Shown here piece by piece: positions 46,434 to 55,737 of a stretch of DNA of 64,000 nucleotides. Each line of letters begins with the position of its first letter. The first letter of the stretch is position 1. The position numbers and the translations under genes were made by a program. Where the stretch lies: NCBI GenBank assembly GCA_031367435.1, contig JANLPV010000110.1, positions 3,561 through 67,560 of the forward strand, written 5' to 3'. Source of the DNA: Actinomycetes bacterium. GTDB taxonomy: Bacteria; Actinomycetota; Acidimicrobiia; Acidimicrobiales; Ilumatobacteraceae. Below the pieces are notes generated by a model, which ran no database searches, was not told where the DNA came from, and saw only the letters and a list, made by a program, of their open reading frames with translations.

Positions 46434-48812
46434 TTAGTTCTTGCTTGCCGTTGATGAGCTGAGAATGACGTCAGAGATGGGTTTGCTGAGCAGTCCGAGC
46501 GGCTGCGCTGCCTCGATGAGGTACTGATGCAGCTTGGCCGCTGTCAGCGGTCGTGCGATCTGATAACCCTGCGCGACGTCGGTGCCGAGACGCTGCAGCA
46601 GCGCAAGGCTATGCGCACTCTCCACTCCCTTAGCCACGATAGTGAGGTTCAGTGCGCGTCCCAGTTCTACTGCCGAGCTGATGATTGCTCCGGCGCGCTT
46701 GTCGGTCTGGAGCGCGAGAATGAACGACTTGTCGATTTTGAGCTCATCGATCGGCAGCTCCAGCAGCTGAGACATCGACGAATGGCCGACCCCGAAGTCA
46801 TCGATCGAAATCCGAACGCCGCGCATGCGCAGGTTCCTGATGCTCCGCGATACGTGTTCGGGATCCGCGGCGAGACATGATTCGGTGACCTCGAGGGTCA
46901 ATCGGTGATGAGCAACGTGGTATCGATCGAGGAGCTCATCAATGAAGCTGGGGAGCGCTTCATCAACGAGGTCGTAACGCGAAATGTTGACGCTCATCTG
47001 CAAGACATGACCGAGGCTGTCGAGTTCTGCTGCCTCCTCGATCGCAAGCTCGAGCACGGCTCGGGTGAGTTCGGGGATGAGACCCGTGCGTTCGGCGAGC
47101 GATACGAACGACTCTGGATACAGCAGGCCACGAGTGGGGTGTTGCCAGCGTACAAGTGCCTCCACCCCGTAGACCTTCCCGCTGCGCATGTCGAGCGTGG
47201 GTTGAAAGTTCAGCATCAGCGATCGTTCGTCGATCGCGATGCGCAGTTCGTAGATCGTCGTGAGCTGCTCGCGACTGTTGACGTCGTGTTTGGGTTGGTA
47301 GGTGCATACCGCAGTTTGAGTTCGCTTGGCCTCGTACATGGCAACGTCCGCGCTGCGGAGCAAGTCGGCAGCCGTTGCACCGTCGTCAGGGGAGATGGCG
47401 ACGCCGATGCTGGCACCAACTCTCACCGTCACGCCTTCGAGAGTGATCGGGTCAGCGAGACTTGCCACGAGTTCGTGGGCCAATTCGATCATGGCCTCGC
47501 GAGTTGTCGTCGCGAACGAACTCGCGAATTCGTCGCCGCCGATTCGGGCGAGGGCACCACGTTTTCCGATGCACTGTTGAAAGCGTTGGGCAACGATGCG
47601 CAGTAAATCGTCGCCGACGTGATGGCCGAGGCTGTCGTTCACCTCTTTGAAGTGGTCGAGATCGATGAGCAGCACCCCGAGGCTTTGCTCGTTAGCCAGT
47701 CCGACGCTTTCGACATCGAGGGTCTCCATGAACGCGCGTCGATTTCGCAGCCCGGTCAGGGGATCAGTTCGGGCATCGCTGAAACTGCGTGACGTCGCCT
47801 CGCGGACCTCACGCAAGGTGAGCGCCATGCGGATGATCATGATGGCGAGCGCGGCTAAGGCCATACCGACTGTCACGGGTGAGGTTGTCTTGATCAGGGA
47901 GATGGCCACAACGATGAGCGACACGAAACCAAAGACCACTGGCACGAGGGCCACTCCAGCGGGTGTCGCGCGTCCGTCGTCTCGCGAACGCGACCGCCGC
48001 TCGCCTCGCGGCCAAGCGGCAAGACCGATGAGAAATGTGCCGACGGTCCACGTTGCGTCGAGCGCTGTTCCACCCACGTATGTCTGCGCGGCGGTTTGAT
48101 TCAAATACACGATGTCGCCGACGACGAAGAACAACACGCCACCTATCAGCAACGCCACGGGTAGCGACGGTCGAAATCGTGCGGGTGCTATTCCCGCAAC
48201 CAAGAGCACGAGCAACACGAGATCGCAGAGCGGATACGCCATGCCGACGGCGACCTGCAGCGGCTGTCCGCTGACCTGCAGAATTGGCTCGAACCACAGC
48301 ATCACTGCAATCGAGCCGATCGCGAGTCCGGCTACCAAACCATCGAGACGAATGCTCACGTGTCCCGCGCCGAATGCCTTTTGCGTCATCGTCGCGACAC
48401 CGATTGCGAACATCACATACGACATCAGATACAGCACATCGCTCGTTGCTGGACTCGGAATCGGGTTCAGGTTCTGATCGTGGAACAGATAGAGCAGATT
48501 CGCTGCACCAGTGAGCGCAATACCGGCAGCCATCGCGGCCCACGCCCACCGCAGCGGGGAGCGTGCGCGGGAGCGCATAAGCACCGGTATGAGCGGCAAC
48601 GTAGATGCCACGTTTCCGATCCAGCCGTCCCACAACGACGAGTACCCCGATGCGGGTCGGGTCAGCAAGATGAGCGATGCGCAGTACGCGATCACGAGAG
48701 CGCCGCTCGCCATTTGCCACCACAGCTGAGCACCGTTGGCTCGGCCGCGCGCAGATCTGCCCAGGGTGGGCTGCGCGCGCCGAACCGAGACAGTTTCCAT
48801 ACGAATGTTCAT
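46434..48812 (-). CDS. membrane-anchored diguanylate cyclase/phosphodiesterase (GGDEF-EAL)
   Basis: The N-terminal domain is multi-TM. Motifs are RTDPLTGLRNRR, GGDEFA, EALVRWQHP and DDFGVGHSS. Confidence 0.9.
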   Translation of the reverse strand: MNIRMETVSVRRAQPTLGRSARGRANGAQLWWQMASGALVIAYCASLILLTRPASGYSSLWDGWIGNVASTLPLIPVLMRSRARSPLRWAWAAMAAGIALTGAANLLYLFHDQNLNPIPSPATSDVLYLMSYVMFAIGVATMTQKAFGAGHVSIRLDGLVAGLAIGSIAVMLWFEPILQVSGQPLQVAVGMAYPLCDLVLLVLLVAGIAPARFRPSLPVALLIGGVLFFVVGDIVYLNQTAAQTYVGGTALDATWTVGTFLIGLAAWPRGERRSRSRDDGRATPAGVALVPVVFGFVSLIVVAISLIKTTSPVTVGMALAALAIMIIRMALTLREVREATSRSFSDARTDPLTGLRNRRAFMETLDVESVGLANEQSLGVLLIDLDHFKEVNDSLGHHVGDDLLRIVAQRFQQCIGKRGALARIGGDEFASSFATTTREAMIELAHELVASLADPITLEGVTVRVGASIGVAISPDDGATAADLLRSADVAMYEAKRTQTAVCTYQPKHDVNSREQLTTIYELRIAIDERSLMLNFQPTLDMRSGKVYGVEALVRWQHPTRGLLYPESFVSLAERTGLIPELTRAVLELAIEEAAELDSLGHVLQMSVNISRYDLVDEALPSFIDELLDRYHVAHHRLTLEVTESCLAADPEHVSRSIRNLRMRGVRISIDDFGVGHSSMSQLLELPIDELKIDKSFILALQTDKRAGAIISSAVELGRALNLTIVAKGVESAHSLALLQRLGTDVAQGYQIARPLTAAKLHQYLIEAAQPLGLLSKPISDVILSSSTASKN

Positions 48813-48896
48813 CGGTCCCGGGAGTTCCAGGCTTGAGCCTTCCCTGTCGTACTCGACGTGCCCCAGAGCCGACGCTGAGTCAGAGCGGAAGGCATC

Positions 48897-49904
48897 TCAC
48901 GTAGGCGCGTACCGAACCAGGGTTGACCACAACGGGTCATCGTGGCGTTGCCAATACCGATCACGGAGCTCAGTGGTGTGCGTTCCGACGATGCCAGCAC
49001 CAACGGAGTGGCCGTTGATGAGCGATACGGGCATCACACCGCCAGCGGTAGTGCATGCAAAGATCTCGTCGGCGCGGAGTAGATCGTCGGCGGTCAGAAC
49101 ACCCTGCTCGACCTGTTGACCAGACTCGCCACACAGTTCGAGCACGGTTTTTCGGGTGATGCCCATCAGTGTGCCTGCAGCTGGCGTGAGCCAACGTCCG
49201 TCGACGAACGCAAAAACGTTGTATCCGGGCCCCTCGGTAATTGTCCCACGCATGTCGCGCAGCACGACGAGTTGCGCGTCGTGGTCGTATGCGTCGAGTT
49301 GAGCCATATCCATGTCGAGCCAGTGATAGTTCTTCACGGATGGATCAACACTTTCTGGTGGGATGCGTGGGATGTCACTGATCCACATGCTCGCGCCGAC
49401 TGCTTGTTGTGCTTGGGCGCTCACCCACACATACGGGATGGCGAAGCAATAGAAGTTGTTGCGGCAGGTGCGCAGATCGCGACTGCCGGGCGCAGGTCGG
49501 CCGCGAGTACATGTCATCGACACGTAGGCGCTGCGGAGCGAGGCCCGGCTGACGCACTCGTGGAGAAGGTCTTCGAGATCGTGTCGGCTTCGGCCAACGT
49601 CGAGCCTCAGTCTGGCGACGCTGTTGAGGAAACGATCGAGGTGAGCATCAAGACGAAAGAAGCGACCTTCCCACACGCCGACGACGTCGTAGGTGCAATC
49701 CGAGCGGGTGACGCCCATGTCGAGCACGGAAATCTTGGCCTCGGCGATTGGACAGAAGGCGCCGTCGACAAACGCTGCGCCCGCGGCCCACGGATCGGGG
49801 TTGAGAGGTTCGATGTTGAGAGGTTCGATGTTAAGAGGTTCGAGGTTGAGAGGTTCGATGTTGAGAGGTTCGAGGTTGAGAGGGGCTGCGTCGGCATTGG
49901 TCAT
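48897..49904 (-). CDS. class IV (fold type IV) aminotransferase resembling (R)-selective amine transaminases, with N-terminal pentapeptide repeats
   Basis: Motifs are SDCTYDVVGVWEGRFFRLDAHLDRF, PYVWV, DPSVKNYHW and EIFACTTAGGVMPV. The N-terminus is PLNLEPLNIEPLNLEPLNIEPLNIEPLNP. Confidence 0.88.
   Translation of the reverse strand: MTNADAAPLNLEPLNIEPLNLEPLNIEPLNIEPLNPDPWAAGAAFVDGAFCPIAEAKISVLDMGVTRSDCTYDVVGVWEGRFFRLDAHLDRFLNSVARLRLDVGRSRHDLEDLLHECVSRASLRSAYVSMTCTRGRPAPGSRDLRTCRNNFYCFAIPYVWVSAQAQQAVGASMWISDIPRIPPESVDPSVKNYHWLDMDMAQLDAYDHDAQLVVLRDMRGTITEGPGYNVFAFVDGRWLTPAAGTLMGITRKTVLELCGESGQQVEQGVLTADDLLRADEIFACTTAGGVMPVSLINGHSVGAGIVGTHTTELRDRYWQRHDDPLWSTLVRYAPT
49801..49883. repeat. 5.5 x 15-bp tandem repeat (TTGAGAGGTTCGATG) inside the aminotransferase 5' end
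   Basis: Read directly. Copies differ at 1-2 positions (G/A, T/G). The repeat is in frame and encodes (L-N-I/L-E-P)n. Confidence 0.95.
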
Positions 49905-50069
49905 TCGACAGTCATATCACCGTCGAGCGTTGCGCGAATCGGACGGAGCAGGATCGGCAGCGATGGTCGTAACACTAAAGTCCAATCACGCGCGCGCGAT
50001 GACCCGCCGATGGATTCATGACGACAACTTGCCGGCACCGCTGGCGAGATCAACGAATGGGATGTAACC

Positions 50070-50867
50070 ATGCGCGCACGAACGAACCGAGCCCTTATCG
50101 CCGTACTTGCGATCTCGGCTATCTCCACCATCGCCCTCGCCTCGGGCACCTTTGCCCAAGGCGGCACAAGCGGTGGCGGCACATCAACCGGCGGGGGCAC
50201 ATCAACCGGCGGGGGCACCGCAACTGGCGGTGGAACCGGTGGCGGCGGGAAGGCCGTGTGTATTCCAGTCACGTCATTCACTGCTTCGGCGGCATACCGT
50301 CCCGGGGCGATGGGCATTACGGCTGCGTATTCGCTCGCGACATGTGTCGGCCGCAACCGGGCAACGATCACGGCCAAGAATCTTGTGACCGGCGCCGTGG
50401 AATATCAGTCGCCGTTCGACTTTCCTGGCGCGTCGGTCACGTGGGATCTTCCTGCATTCAGCACTGACTATCGCGTCGACCTCACGATTGTCGATGTAAA
50501 TACGAATGCCACCCTTGACCGCCGTTCGGTCCTGGTCTCCACTCCGGCGCCTGCTGCGAACTGTGCCACGCTGAACAAGTTCAACCTGAGCGCCGGCTAT
50601 TGGATCAACTGGGCGGCGATTTGGACCGACTACACGGCGAATGATTGCGGTTACGGCCGTGAGACCGTCGAGATTCGTATCACGAACCTCGATACGGGCC
50701 TCGTGGAATCCGATCTTATCAACACGCCCATGTCGTGGCTGTATGACTACGAAGGTGCCGTCACCAAGTACAACACCACCTATCAAATCGATGTCGAAGT
50801 GCATGGTGTATCGGGAGAACTGCTCGATTCACGGTCCTCGACAGTGCTCACGCCGCCGATGAAGTAG
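50070..50867 (+). CDS. secreted hypothetical protein with Gly/Thr-rich linker and two internal ~100-aa repeats
   Basis: The signal peptide is MRARTNRALIAVLAISAISTIALASGTFAQG, followed by (GGGTST)n. Two similar Cys-containing modules each end ...S(V/T)L(V/T).P. Confidence 0.6.
   Translation: MRARTNRALIAVLAISAISTIALASGTFAQGGTSGGGTSTGGGTSTGGGTATGGGTGGGGKAVCIPVTSFTASAAYRPGAMGITAAYSLATCVGRNRATITAKNLVTGAVEYQSPFDFPGASVTWDLPAFSTDYRVDLTIVDVNTNATLDRRSVLVSTPAPAANCATLNKFNLSAGYWINWAAIWTDYTANDCGYGRETVEIRITNLDTGLVESDLINTPMSWLYDYEGAVTKYNTTYQIDVEVHGVSGELLDSRSSTVLTPPMK
50164..50250. repeat. degenerate 18-bp tandem repeat (GGCACATCAACCGGCGGG) encoding GGGTST units
   Basis: Read directly: two perfect adjacent copies (50179-50214) flanked by diverged copies. 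Confidence 0.8.
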
Positions 50868-50980
50868 CCACACGGCGCCCGTGAGGGACTGAACCGGTTA
50901 CGCCGATGAGCGCCACTCGTTGTCGTAGCCGGTTCTTGCGCGTTTCGGATCTGAAATCGGATCGGTCGCCGAGGGCAGCG

Positions 50981-51976
50981 TCAGACCACCAACGTTGCGC
51001 GTTGGCGAGATGTCACCACTGGGACAGTAGGTAGTCCAATGCGTTCGGCGGCGCTCACGGCCGTTTCGATGAATGCTTCTGCGGCCCGTGAGCGATCGCG
51101 GTCTTGATGCCACACGATCGCAATTCGTCGGGTGAGGTGATGTCGCGACGCAAGTGGAAGCACCGTGACCGCGGCGTCCGGAACGAACAGCTCGACAGCG
51201 AGGAGCGGCACGATGGCCACGCCCAGGCCCGACGCGACCAGTCGTTGCGTGGTGAGGTTGTCGTCGCTGCGAAAGACTGTGTGGGGACGCACGCCGGCGC
51301 GTTCGAGCGCTTCGAAGACGCGTGCCTCGCATCGATCGTCAGACGACGCGGAGATGAGATGGGCGCCGTCGAGGGTATTGAGGTCGATCTCGTTGAGTTC
51401 TGCCAGGGGACTACTTGGTGGCAACATCACGACGTACGGGTCCTCGATCAGCGCTCGGCTCGAGAGTGGTGCCGCGTGCAGCGGCGTGTCGGAGAATGCG
51501 AGATCGAGTTGTCCGCCGCGCACGAGTTCGTCGAGCACGGCACCGGGACGCTCGTTGCGTAGCTCGACGGTGACGCGCGGCCAATCGTCGCGGAACTGGG
51601 TGATGGTGGACGGCAGCAGTCGTGCGCTGGCTGACTGGAATGTGCCGACGCGTAAGACACCGGCCTCGCCAGCGGTGAGCGCATCGAGGTCGGCCTTGGC
51701 CGCGCCGAGGCGTGCAGTGATGTGCACGGCGTGACGAAGCAACACCTCGCCGGCTGCGGTGAGCGAGACGGGTCTTGGCCCACCCGGTCGCTGCACCAGT
51801 TTGTGGCCTACAGCGCGTTCGAGCGTCGCGATCTGCTGCGACACAGCGCTTTGCGCGTAGCCAAGCTGAACTGCCGCCTGCGAGAACGAGTGGGTACGCG
51901 CAATGGCCTCGAGTGCGGCGAGATGTCGCACCTCCACGCCGAGCGGTAAATCTTGGTTTGTGATTGATTTGTTCAT
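50981..51976 (-). CDS. LysR-family transcriptional regulator
   Basis: The N-terminal HTH is VRHLAALEAIARTHSFSQAAVQLGYAQSAVSQQIATLE. The C-terminal half is a substrate-binding fold. Confidence 0.92.
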   Translation of the reverse strand: MNKSITNQDLPLGVEVRHLAALEAIARTHSFSQAAVQLGYAQSAVSQQIATLERAVGHKLVQRPGGPRPVSLTAAGEVLLRHAVHITARLGAAKADLDALTAGEAGVLRVGTFQSASARLLPSTITQFRDDWPRVTVELRNERPGAVLDELVRGGQLDLAFSDTPLHAAPLSSRALIEDPYVVMLPPSSPLAELNEIDLNTLDGAHLISASSDDRCEARVFEALERAGVRPHTVFRSDDNLTTQRLVASGLGVAIVPLLAVELFVPDAAVTVLPLASRHHLTRRIAIVWHQDRDRSRAAEAFIETAVSAAERIGLPTVPVVTSRQRATLVV

Positions 51977-51977
51977 G

Positions 51978-52024
51978 AATATGCGTGACCGTTATTGATA
52001 GGAGTATGCGATACTTATTGCATA
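51978..52024. promoter_or_regulatory. AT-rich divergent promoter region with LysR-type half-sites (ATGCG ... TATGC-N10-GCATA)
   Basis: The dyad TATGCgatacttattGCATA at 52005-52024 and an extra ATATGCG at 51979-51985 sit in the only strongly AT-rich stretch nearby. The region lies between the lysR gene and the divergent LLM operon. Confidence 0.35.
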
Positions 52025-52041
52025 TCTAATCACTGGAGAGA

Positions 52042-52167
52042 ATGATTATGTTTGTTGTGCTGACATTTGTGCTGGCGGGTGTGCTCGCTGTTGTGGCGCC
52101 TCGCTTCGGAACGGATAGCCGTCCCGACTTCAATCGGCCGCCGAACTCGCGCCCACACGGCATCTGA
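52042..52167 (+). CDS. candidate 41-aa small membrane peptide
   Basis: The sequence ATGATTATG... encodes MIMFVVLTFVLAGVLAVVAPRFGTDSRPDFNRPPNSRPHGI, with a GGAGAG SD 5-6 nt upstream. It is below the 60-aa cutoff of the ORF track and has one hydrophobic helix. Confidence 0.3.
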   Translation: MIMFVVLTFVLAGVLAVVAPRFGTDSRPDFNRPPNSRPHGI

Positions 52168-52235
52168 CGCCGCTCGTCTGACCGCATCGCCTCATCGCGA
52201 TACGGTGCGCAGATGCGCATCGAAACGAGCGTGCT

Positions 52236-53213
52236 GTGAGCGACGTACTGCTGTCCGTCGCGTTGCCGCCCACACCTGAATCGCCAGCACTGGCGGCCTA
52301 CGCTGAGCAACTCGGCTTCGCCCGGGTGTGGGTGTATGACACACCGGCGTTGCAGCTTGACGTGTGGATGACATTGGCGCTCTGCGCCCAATCCACGTCG
52401 ACGATCGGGCTTGGCCCAGGCGTGCTCATTCCGAGCCTGCGTCATCCTCTCGTGACTGCCAGTGCGATCGCCTCACTTGAGGTGCTCGCTGCCGGTCGTA
52501 CCGCATATGCGGTCGGCTCTGGCTTCACCGGTCGACGTGCCCTCGGGCAGAAGCCGATGAAGTGGACCGACGTCGTTGCCTACGTACGCACAGTGCAGGC
52601 GTTGCTGCGCGGTGACACGGTCGAGATCGACGGTGCCATGGTGGCCATGTTGCACTCTGCAGGGCAGGCGCCTGCTCGTCCCATTGATGTCCCGTGGCTC
52701 ATTGGCGCCAGCGGTCCAAAAGGCTTGGCCGCAGCTCGCGAATTGGGAGCAGGGGTGTTCAGCACATCGCCCACGTCTGGCTTTGATACGTCCGCGCTGC
52801 TCGCCTTTGGCACGGTGCTCGCGGATGGTGAAGATCCTGAGAGCCCACGCGTGCTTGAAGCCGCTGGCCCCGGTGCCGCCGTGGCGTATCACGCGCTCTA
52901 CGAACAGCACAGCCCGATACTTGCGGCATTGCCGAACGCCGCAGCCTGGGTCGCTGCTATCGAGGCGCAACCGGCACCGACGCGGCACCTCGAGATACAT
53001 CGTGGCCATCTCACCACGCTCAACAGCGTCGACCGACTCGTGATGACGGGCTCGCTTGCGGCAGCGCTTTCGCAGAGCGGGACTGCCGAGCAATGGCGGC
53101 AGCGCATCGCTGCGGCCGCAGCTGCAGGTACTACCGAGATTGCGTTCCAGCCCGCTGGCACCAACCCGCGCCATGAACTCGAAGCGTTCATGCACGCCTG
53201 CAAGGGCCGCTGA
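52236..53213 (+). CDS. LLM-class F420/flavin-dependent oxidoreductase
   Basis: The N-terminus has AEQLGFARVWVYDTP and LGPGVLIPSLRHP, an LLM-type TIM-barrel pattern. It starts with GTG. Confidence 0.85.
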   Translation: MSDVLLSVALPPTPESPALAAYAEQLGFARVWVYDTPALQLDVWMTLALCAQSTSTIGLGPGVLIPSLRHPLVTASAIASLEVLAAGRTAYAVGSGFTGRRALGQKPMKWTDVVAYVRTVQALLRGDTVEIDGAMVAMLHSAGQAPARPIDVPWLIGASGPKGLAAARELGAGVFSTSPTSGFDTSALLAFGTVLADGEDPESPRVLEAAGPGAAVAYHALYEQHSPILAALPNAAAWVAAIEAQPAPTRHLEIHRGHLTTLNSVDRLVMTGSLAAALSQSGTAEQWRQRIAAAAAAGTTEIAFQPAGTNPRHELEAFMHACKGR

Positions 53214-54052
53214 TGAGTTACGACAGCTTCAACACGCTACGCGTCGAAGTGAGCAACGGCATCGCCCACGTCACCATCGACAACGGCGAGATCAATCTGT
53301 TCGACGGCCCGATGTTCATGGAGATGCTCACGCTCGCAGGTGAGCTTGCTGTGGACGACGACGTGCGCGTCGTGATCTTGCAATCCGCAAACCCGAACTT
53401 CTTCATTGCGCACTTCGACGTTGGCCTGATCCTGCAGTTTCCCACCGGGCAAACGGTGTCCTCTACCGAACTCAATCCGTTTCACGCGATGTGCGAGGCG
53501 TTCCGCACGATGCCCAAAGCCACAATCGCAGTCATCGAGGGTCGCGTAGGTGGCGGCGGAAGCGAACTCGCGTTGAGTTGTGACATGCGGTTCGCGCTGC
53601 GCGGCAAGGCCGTGTTCAATCAACCCGAAGTAGCCCTCGGGATTATCCCGGGTGGTTCGGGCACGGTCCGGCTCTCGCGGCTCGTCGGACGTTCTCGCGC
53701 ACTCGAGGTCGTGCTTGGTTGCGACGACGTCTCCGCCGATCTCGCGGAATCGTGGGGCTGGATCAACCGCTCGATGGGCTCAGATGAGCTGTGGCCGCAC
53801 GTGAACCGCCTTGCCGCGCGTATCGCGTCGTTTCCCGCGCATGCCGTTGCGGCAGGCAAGGCGAGCGTGTTGCGTGCAGACAAAGACGTCGTTGCCGATC
53901 TCATTGCCGAGGGTGGCGCGTTTCAGGCAACACTCGGCGGAGCAGGGACGCGAGAGGCCATGGAGCGTTTCATGGCGTCGGGCGGTCAAACGCCGGAAGG
54001 CGAGTTGCGGCTTGGCGACCTTGCCGGAGAAATGGGTCAGCCGCTCGCCTGA
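53213..54052 (+). CDS. enoyl-CoA hydratase/isomerase (crotonase) family protein
   Basis: It has VVILQSANPNFFIAHFD and an oxyanion-hole region (IEGRVGGGGSELALSCDMRFA). Its start overlaps the LLM stop by 1 nt. Confidence 0.9.
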   Translation: MSYDSFNTLRVEVSNGIAHVTIDNGEINLFDGPMFMEMLTLAGELAVDDDVRVVILQSANPNFFIAHFDVGLILQFPTGQTVSSTELNPFHAMCEAFRTMPKATIAVIEGRVGGGGSELALSCDMRFALRGKAVFNQPEVALGIIPGGSGTVRLSRLVGRSRALEVVLGCDDVSADLAESWGWINRSMGSDELWPHVNRLAARIASFPAHAVAAGKASVLRADKDVVADLIAEGGAFQATLGGAGTREAMERFMASGGQTPEGELRLGDLAGEMGQPLA

Positions 54053-54090
54053 GCGCACGCTCGTGCATACTCAGTGCATCTCAGCGCGCC

Positions 54091-55737
54091 TCAGCGCAAC
54101 TGCACCGGGGTGCCGGGCATTGGCTTGTTCACGAGGTCGAAGAAGTCGTTGCCTTTATCGTCGACGACGATGAACGCCGGGAAGTCGTGCACCTCGATCT
54201 TCCAGATGGCCTCCATGCCCAATTCGGCGTATTCGAGTACCTCGACCTTGGTGATGCAGTCTTGCGCGAGTCGCGCCGCAGGGCCGCCGATCGAGCCGAG
54301 GTAGAAGCCGCCGTGCGACTTGCACGCGTCTGTTACCTGTCGACTGCGATTGCCCTTGGCGAGCATCACCATGCTGGCGCCGGCGGCCTGAAATTCGTCG
54401 ACATAGCTATCCATGCGACCCGCTGTCGTGGGACCGAATGAGCCCGACGCGTAACCGGCTGGCGTCTTGGCCGGACCCGCGTAATACACGCAGTAGTCCT
54501 TCATGTACTGAGGCATTGGCTGCCCGGCGTCGAGCAGTTCCTTGAGTTTCGCGTGGGCGATGTCGCGGGCCACGACCATGGGTCCCGACAGCATCACCCG
54601 GGTCTTCACCGGGTACTTGGTGAGCTCGGCGCGGATCTCGTCCATCGGCCGATTGAGATCGATCTGCACGACGCTTTCGTGGAGATCAACGTGGGTGACC
54701 TCGGGGAGATACTGCGCCGGATCGATCTCGAGCTGTTCGAGAAAGATGCCATCCTTGGTGATCTTGCCGAGTGCTTGGCGGTCGGCGGAACAACTCACCG
54801 CCATGGCCACCGGGCAGCTCGCCCCGTGGCGGGGTAGGCGCACCACGCGCACGTCGTGACAGAAATACTTGCCACCGAACTGCGCTCCGATACCGGTCTG
54901 CTGAGACAGCGTGAGCACCTTTGCCTCAAGGTCGAGATCTCGAAATGCATGACCATCACGACCGCCGGTGGTGGGCAGGGTGTCGAGGTATTTGGTGCTG
55001 GCCAGCTTGGCGGTTTCTACTGCGAACTCGGCCGACGTGCCACCGATGACGACTGAAAGGTGATACGGGGGACACGCCGCCGTGCCGAGCGTCTTCATCT
55101 TGTCGAACAACCACGGCAACAGCGTCCGTTCATTGAGGAGCGCCTTGGTCTCTTGAAACAGGTAGCTCTTGTTCGCGCTGCCGCCGCCCTTGGCGATGAA
55201 CAAGAACTTGTACGCGTCGCCGTCGACTGCACTGATCTTGATCTCGGCGGGAAGGTTGTTGCCGGTGTTGACCTCGTCGTACATGTTGAGTGGTGCCATC
55301 TGGCTATAACGAAGGTTGCTGGTGAGGTAGGTGTTGTACACGCCGCGAGCGATGGCGGCTTCGTCGCCCCCACCTGTGAACACGAATTGGCCTTTCTTGG
55401 CCTTGATGATCGCGGTGCCCGTGTCCTGACACATCGGCAGTACACCACCCGCCGCGATGTTGGCGTTCTTGAGCAGATCGAGCGCGACGAATCGATCGTT
55501 GTCGCTCGCTTCGGGGTCGTCGAGAATGCTGGCCAACTGCTTGAGGTGCGCTGGCCTGAGCAGATGCGCGATGTCCTTCATCGCCTGCTCGGTGAGCATT
55601 GTGATTGCCTCAGGCGACACGCGCACGAACACGCCATCGGGTGTCTCAAAGGTTGTGACGCCCTCGGTGCTGAGCAGGCGGTACGTGGTCTCGTCGGGAC
55701 CCAGTGGAAGCAACTCGGTGAACTCGAAGTCCGGCAT
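54091..55737 (-). CDS. fumA-like: fumarate hydratase, class I (Fe-S dependent)
   Basis: The 548-aa protein has fused alpha and beta regions. It carries [18 protein letters not shown] and GGPAARL, which are characteristic of class I fumarases. Confidence 0.93.
   Translation of the reverse strand: MPDFEFTELLPLGPDETTYRLLSTEGVTTFETPDGVFVRVSPEAITMLTEQAMKDIAHLLRPAHLKQLASILDDPEASDNDRFVALDLLKNANIAAGGVLPMCQDTGTAIIKAKKGQFVFTGGGDEAAIARGVYNTYLTSNLRYSQMAPLNMYDEVNTGNNLPAEIKISAVDGDAYKFLFIAKGGGSANKSYLFQETKALLNERTLLPWLFDKMKTLGTAACPPYHLSVVIGGTSAEFAVETAKLASTKYLDTLPTTGGRDGHAFRDLDLEAKVLTLSQQTGIGAQFGGKYFCHDVRVVRLPRHGASCPVAMAVSCSADRQALGKITKDGIFLEQLEIDPAQYLPEVTHVDLHESVVQIDLNRPMDEIRAELTKYPVKTRVMLSGPMVVARDIAHAKLKELLDAGQPMPQYMKDYCVYYAGPAKTPAGYASGSFGPTTAGRMDSYVDEFQAAGASMVMLAKGNRSRQVTDACKSHGGFYLGSIGGPAARLAQDCITKVEVLEYAELGMEAIWKIEVHDFPAFIVVDDKGNDFFDLVNKPMPGTPVQLR

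Noticed and set aside
49801-49883. A CRISPR array was considered as an interpretation of the tandem repeats at 30690, 37742, 49801 and 50164.
   Set aside because: The units are 15-18 bp and directly abutting with no spacers. They lie in frame inside coding sequences. No cas genes are present.
52026-52445. A 139-aa minus-strand ORF spans the LysR/LLM intergenic region.
   Set aside because: It runs antisense through the LLM 5' end and the AT-rich promoter region, is Arg-rich and has no motifs. The plus-strand sORF and LLM gene explain the region better.
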